Shown in pieces: positions 62,240 to 64,000 of a DNA stretch of 64,000 bases (the first letter of the stretch is position 1; the number at the start of each line of letters is the position of its first letter). The notes beneath the pieces are model-generated. The model did no database searches. It was not told the DNA's origin and saw only the letters and a program-made list of their open reading frames with translations. The position numbers and the translations under genes were made by a program. Source of the stretch: Octopus sinensis (lineage: Eukaryota); the NCBI RefSeq assembly GCF_006345805.1, contig NC_043005.1:6262001-6326000 (forward strand), in the 5' to 3' direction.

Positions 62240-62705
62240 GAAGTCTTTCAAGTCAAATTTGGGCCTATGGCCCACTCAAGTAGAGAGTATTGTTACAGAG
62301 AACATTCCAGGTGTAGGGGGTTATCCTGGATGTCTTGAAGGACTCTGTCCAAAGACTCTTGAACCCTATAGGGTCAGTTTCGTTTTAATGTTTTTGGTGT
62401 AATGTTAAAGAGAGCGGGGCCACTTGAGGTGAAAATAATTGTGCCGTTTTTGTTGTTATAAGATGAGAGTGCGATTTTTGTTTTGGGCGGATGGCACGGG
62501 GCCCACCTGGATGTACCTTAAGGTGATGCCAACATCATTTGGGCAATGCTGATGGAATATTTTCCCCATCATGCGATGATGCAGCGCTCACGACGACGTT
62601 GGAGAATAGAGTTTTAGCTTTTCTGCCGACCCCAATAGTCGAGGCCTGTCATGCCATCTATCTTTTTTGTGATTGCCCTTTGAGGTGCTTCACTTTTATA
62701 ATACC
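62240..62705 (-). pseudogene. CR1/L2-group LINE ORF2 C-terminal remnant
   Basis: EAPQRAITKKIDGMTGLDYWGR / LKLYS / LQRRRERCII / HNYFHLKWPRSL / LDRVLQDIQDNP match the CR1-group motifs LKLYSLQRRRER and FK..LD.FL..IPD.P. Confidence 0.8.
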
Positions 62706-62731
62706 TTGTATGTGTGGGGAGACCACAGTGG

Positions 62732-62736
<5 letters not shown>

Positions 62737-62773
<37 letters not shown>

Positions 62774-62821
62774 TATATATAGGTATATATATATATATGG
62801 ATATATATATATATATATAAT

Positions 62822-62858
<37 letters not shown>

Positions 62859-63015
62859 GTTATATATATATATAATATATATATTATATATATATTTATA
62901 TATATATATAAATATGTATATTATATATTGTATAGATATATCTATATAGATATATGATATATATGATATATATTATATTGTATATATATATATATATATG
63001 TAAGATAATAATATC

Positions 63016-63046
<31 letters not shown>

Positions 63047-63588
63047 TAGTATATATATATATGTATATATATATATATTATATATGTATATATATATATA
63101 TGTATATAATATATATATGTATTTATATATCTATATGTATATATATATATATGATATATATAGATATGTATATATATATATATTTATAATATTTATATAT
63201 ATATATGTATAGATATATATGTATATATATATATATTATATATTATATATATGTATATATAATATGTATATTATTATATGTATATAATATGTATATATAT
63301 ATATGTATATATATATATATGTATATATATGTATGTATATAGATATGTATATATATAGTGTATATTATATATATATGTATTAATATATATGTATATATAT
63401 ATCTGTATATATATATATATGTATAATATATATGTATATATATAATAATATAGATATATATGTATATATATGATATATAATTGTATATATATATATGTAT
63501 ATATATATGTATATATATAGGTATATATATATATGGATATAATATATATATATGTATATATATATATGTAATATATATATTATGTATA

Positions 63589-63633
<45 letters not shown>

Positions 63634-63728
63634 TATATATGTATATATATATGTATATGTATATATATGTATATAATATATATGATTATATATATATAAT
63701 GTATATATAATATGTAGATATATGTATA

Positions 63729-63770
<42 letters not shown>

Positions 63771-63781
63771 GGATATATATA

Positions 63782-63848
<67 letters not shown>

Positions 63849-63853
63849 TAATG

Positions 63854-63891
<38 letters not shown>

Positions 63892-63903
63892 TGTATATAT
63901 ATG

Positions 63904-63991
<88 letters not shown>

Positions 63992-64000
63992 TATGTATAT
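62737..64000. repeat. Long degenerate (TA)n/(TATG)n tract running to the window end
   Basis: Direct observation. Confidence 0.98.

Overview
AT-rich, microsatellite-dense animal genomic DNA. The SINE families look like those of coleoid cephalopods, most likely Octopus; this is pattern recognition, not a database match. No complete host gene is visible, and most ORFs in the track are translated microsatellites. The window is a mosaic of about 5 tRNA-derived or LINE-tailed SINE families, piggyBac-, Tc1/mariner- and hAT-like MITEs, two Helitrons, and LINE remnants (a near-intact 5'-truncated RTE with a 9-bp TSD, R4/Dong, RTE, CR1/L2-group). It also holds a mariner-derived foldback element and a 1.67-kb tandem duplication. 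A few isolated splice-bounded exon candidates suggest intronic sequence. The most interesting signal is about nine type I hammerhead-ribozyme folds of the minimal Penelope-associated kind (CUGANGA ... GAAAC, short palindromic stem III), in at least five unrelated non-autonomous repeat families. One is a tRNA-headed SINE-like element with a hammerhead, inserted once as an inverted dimer flanked by a 13-bp target-site duplication. All folds were read by eye; no ribozyme activity is demonstrated.
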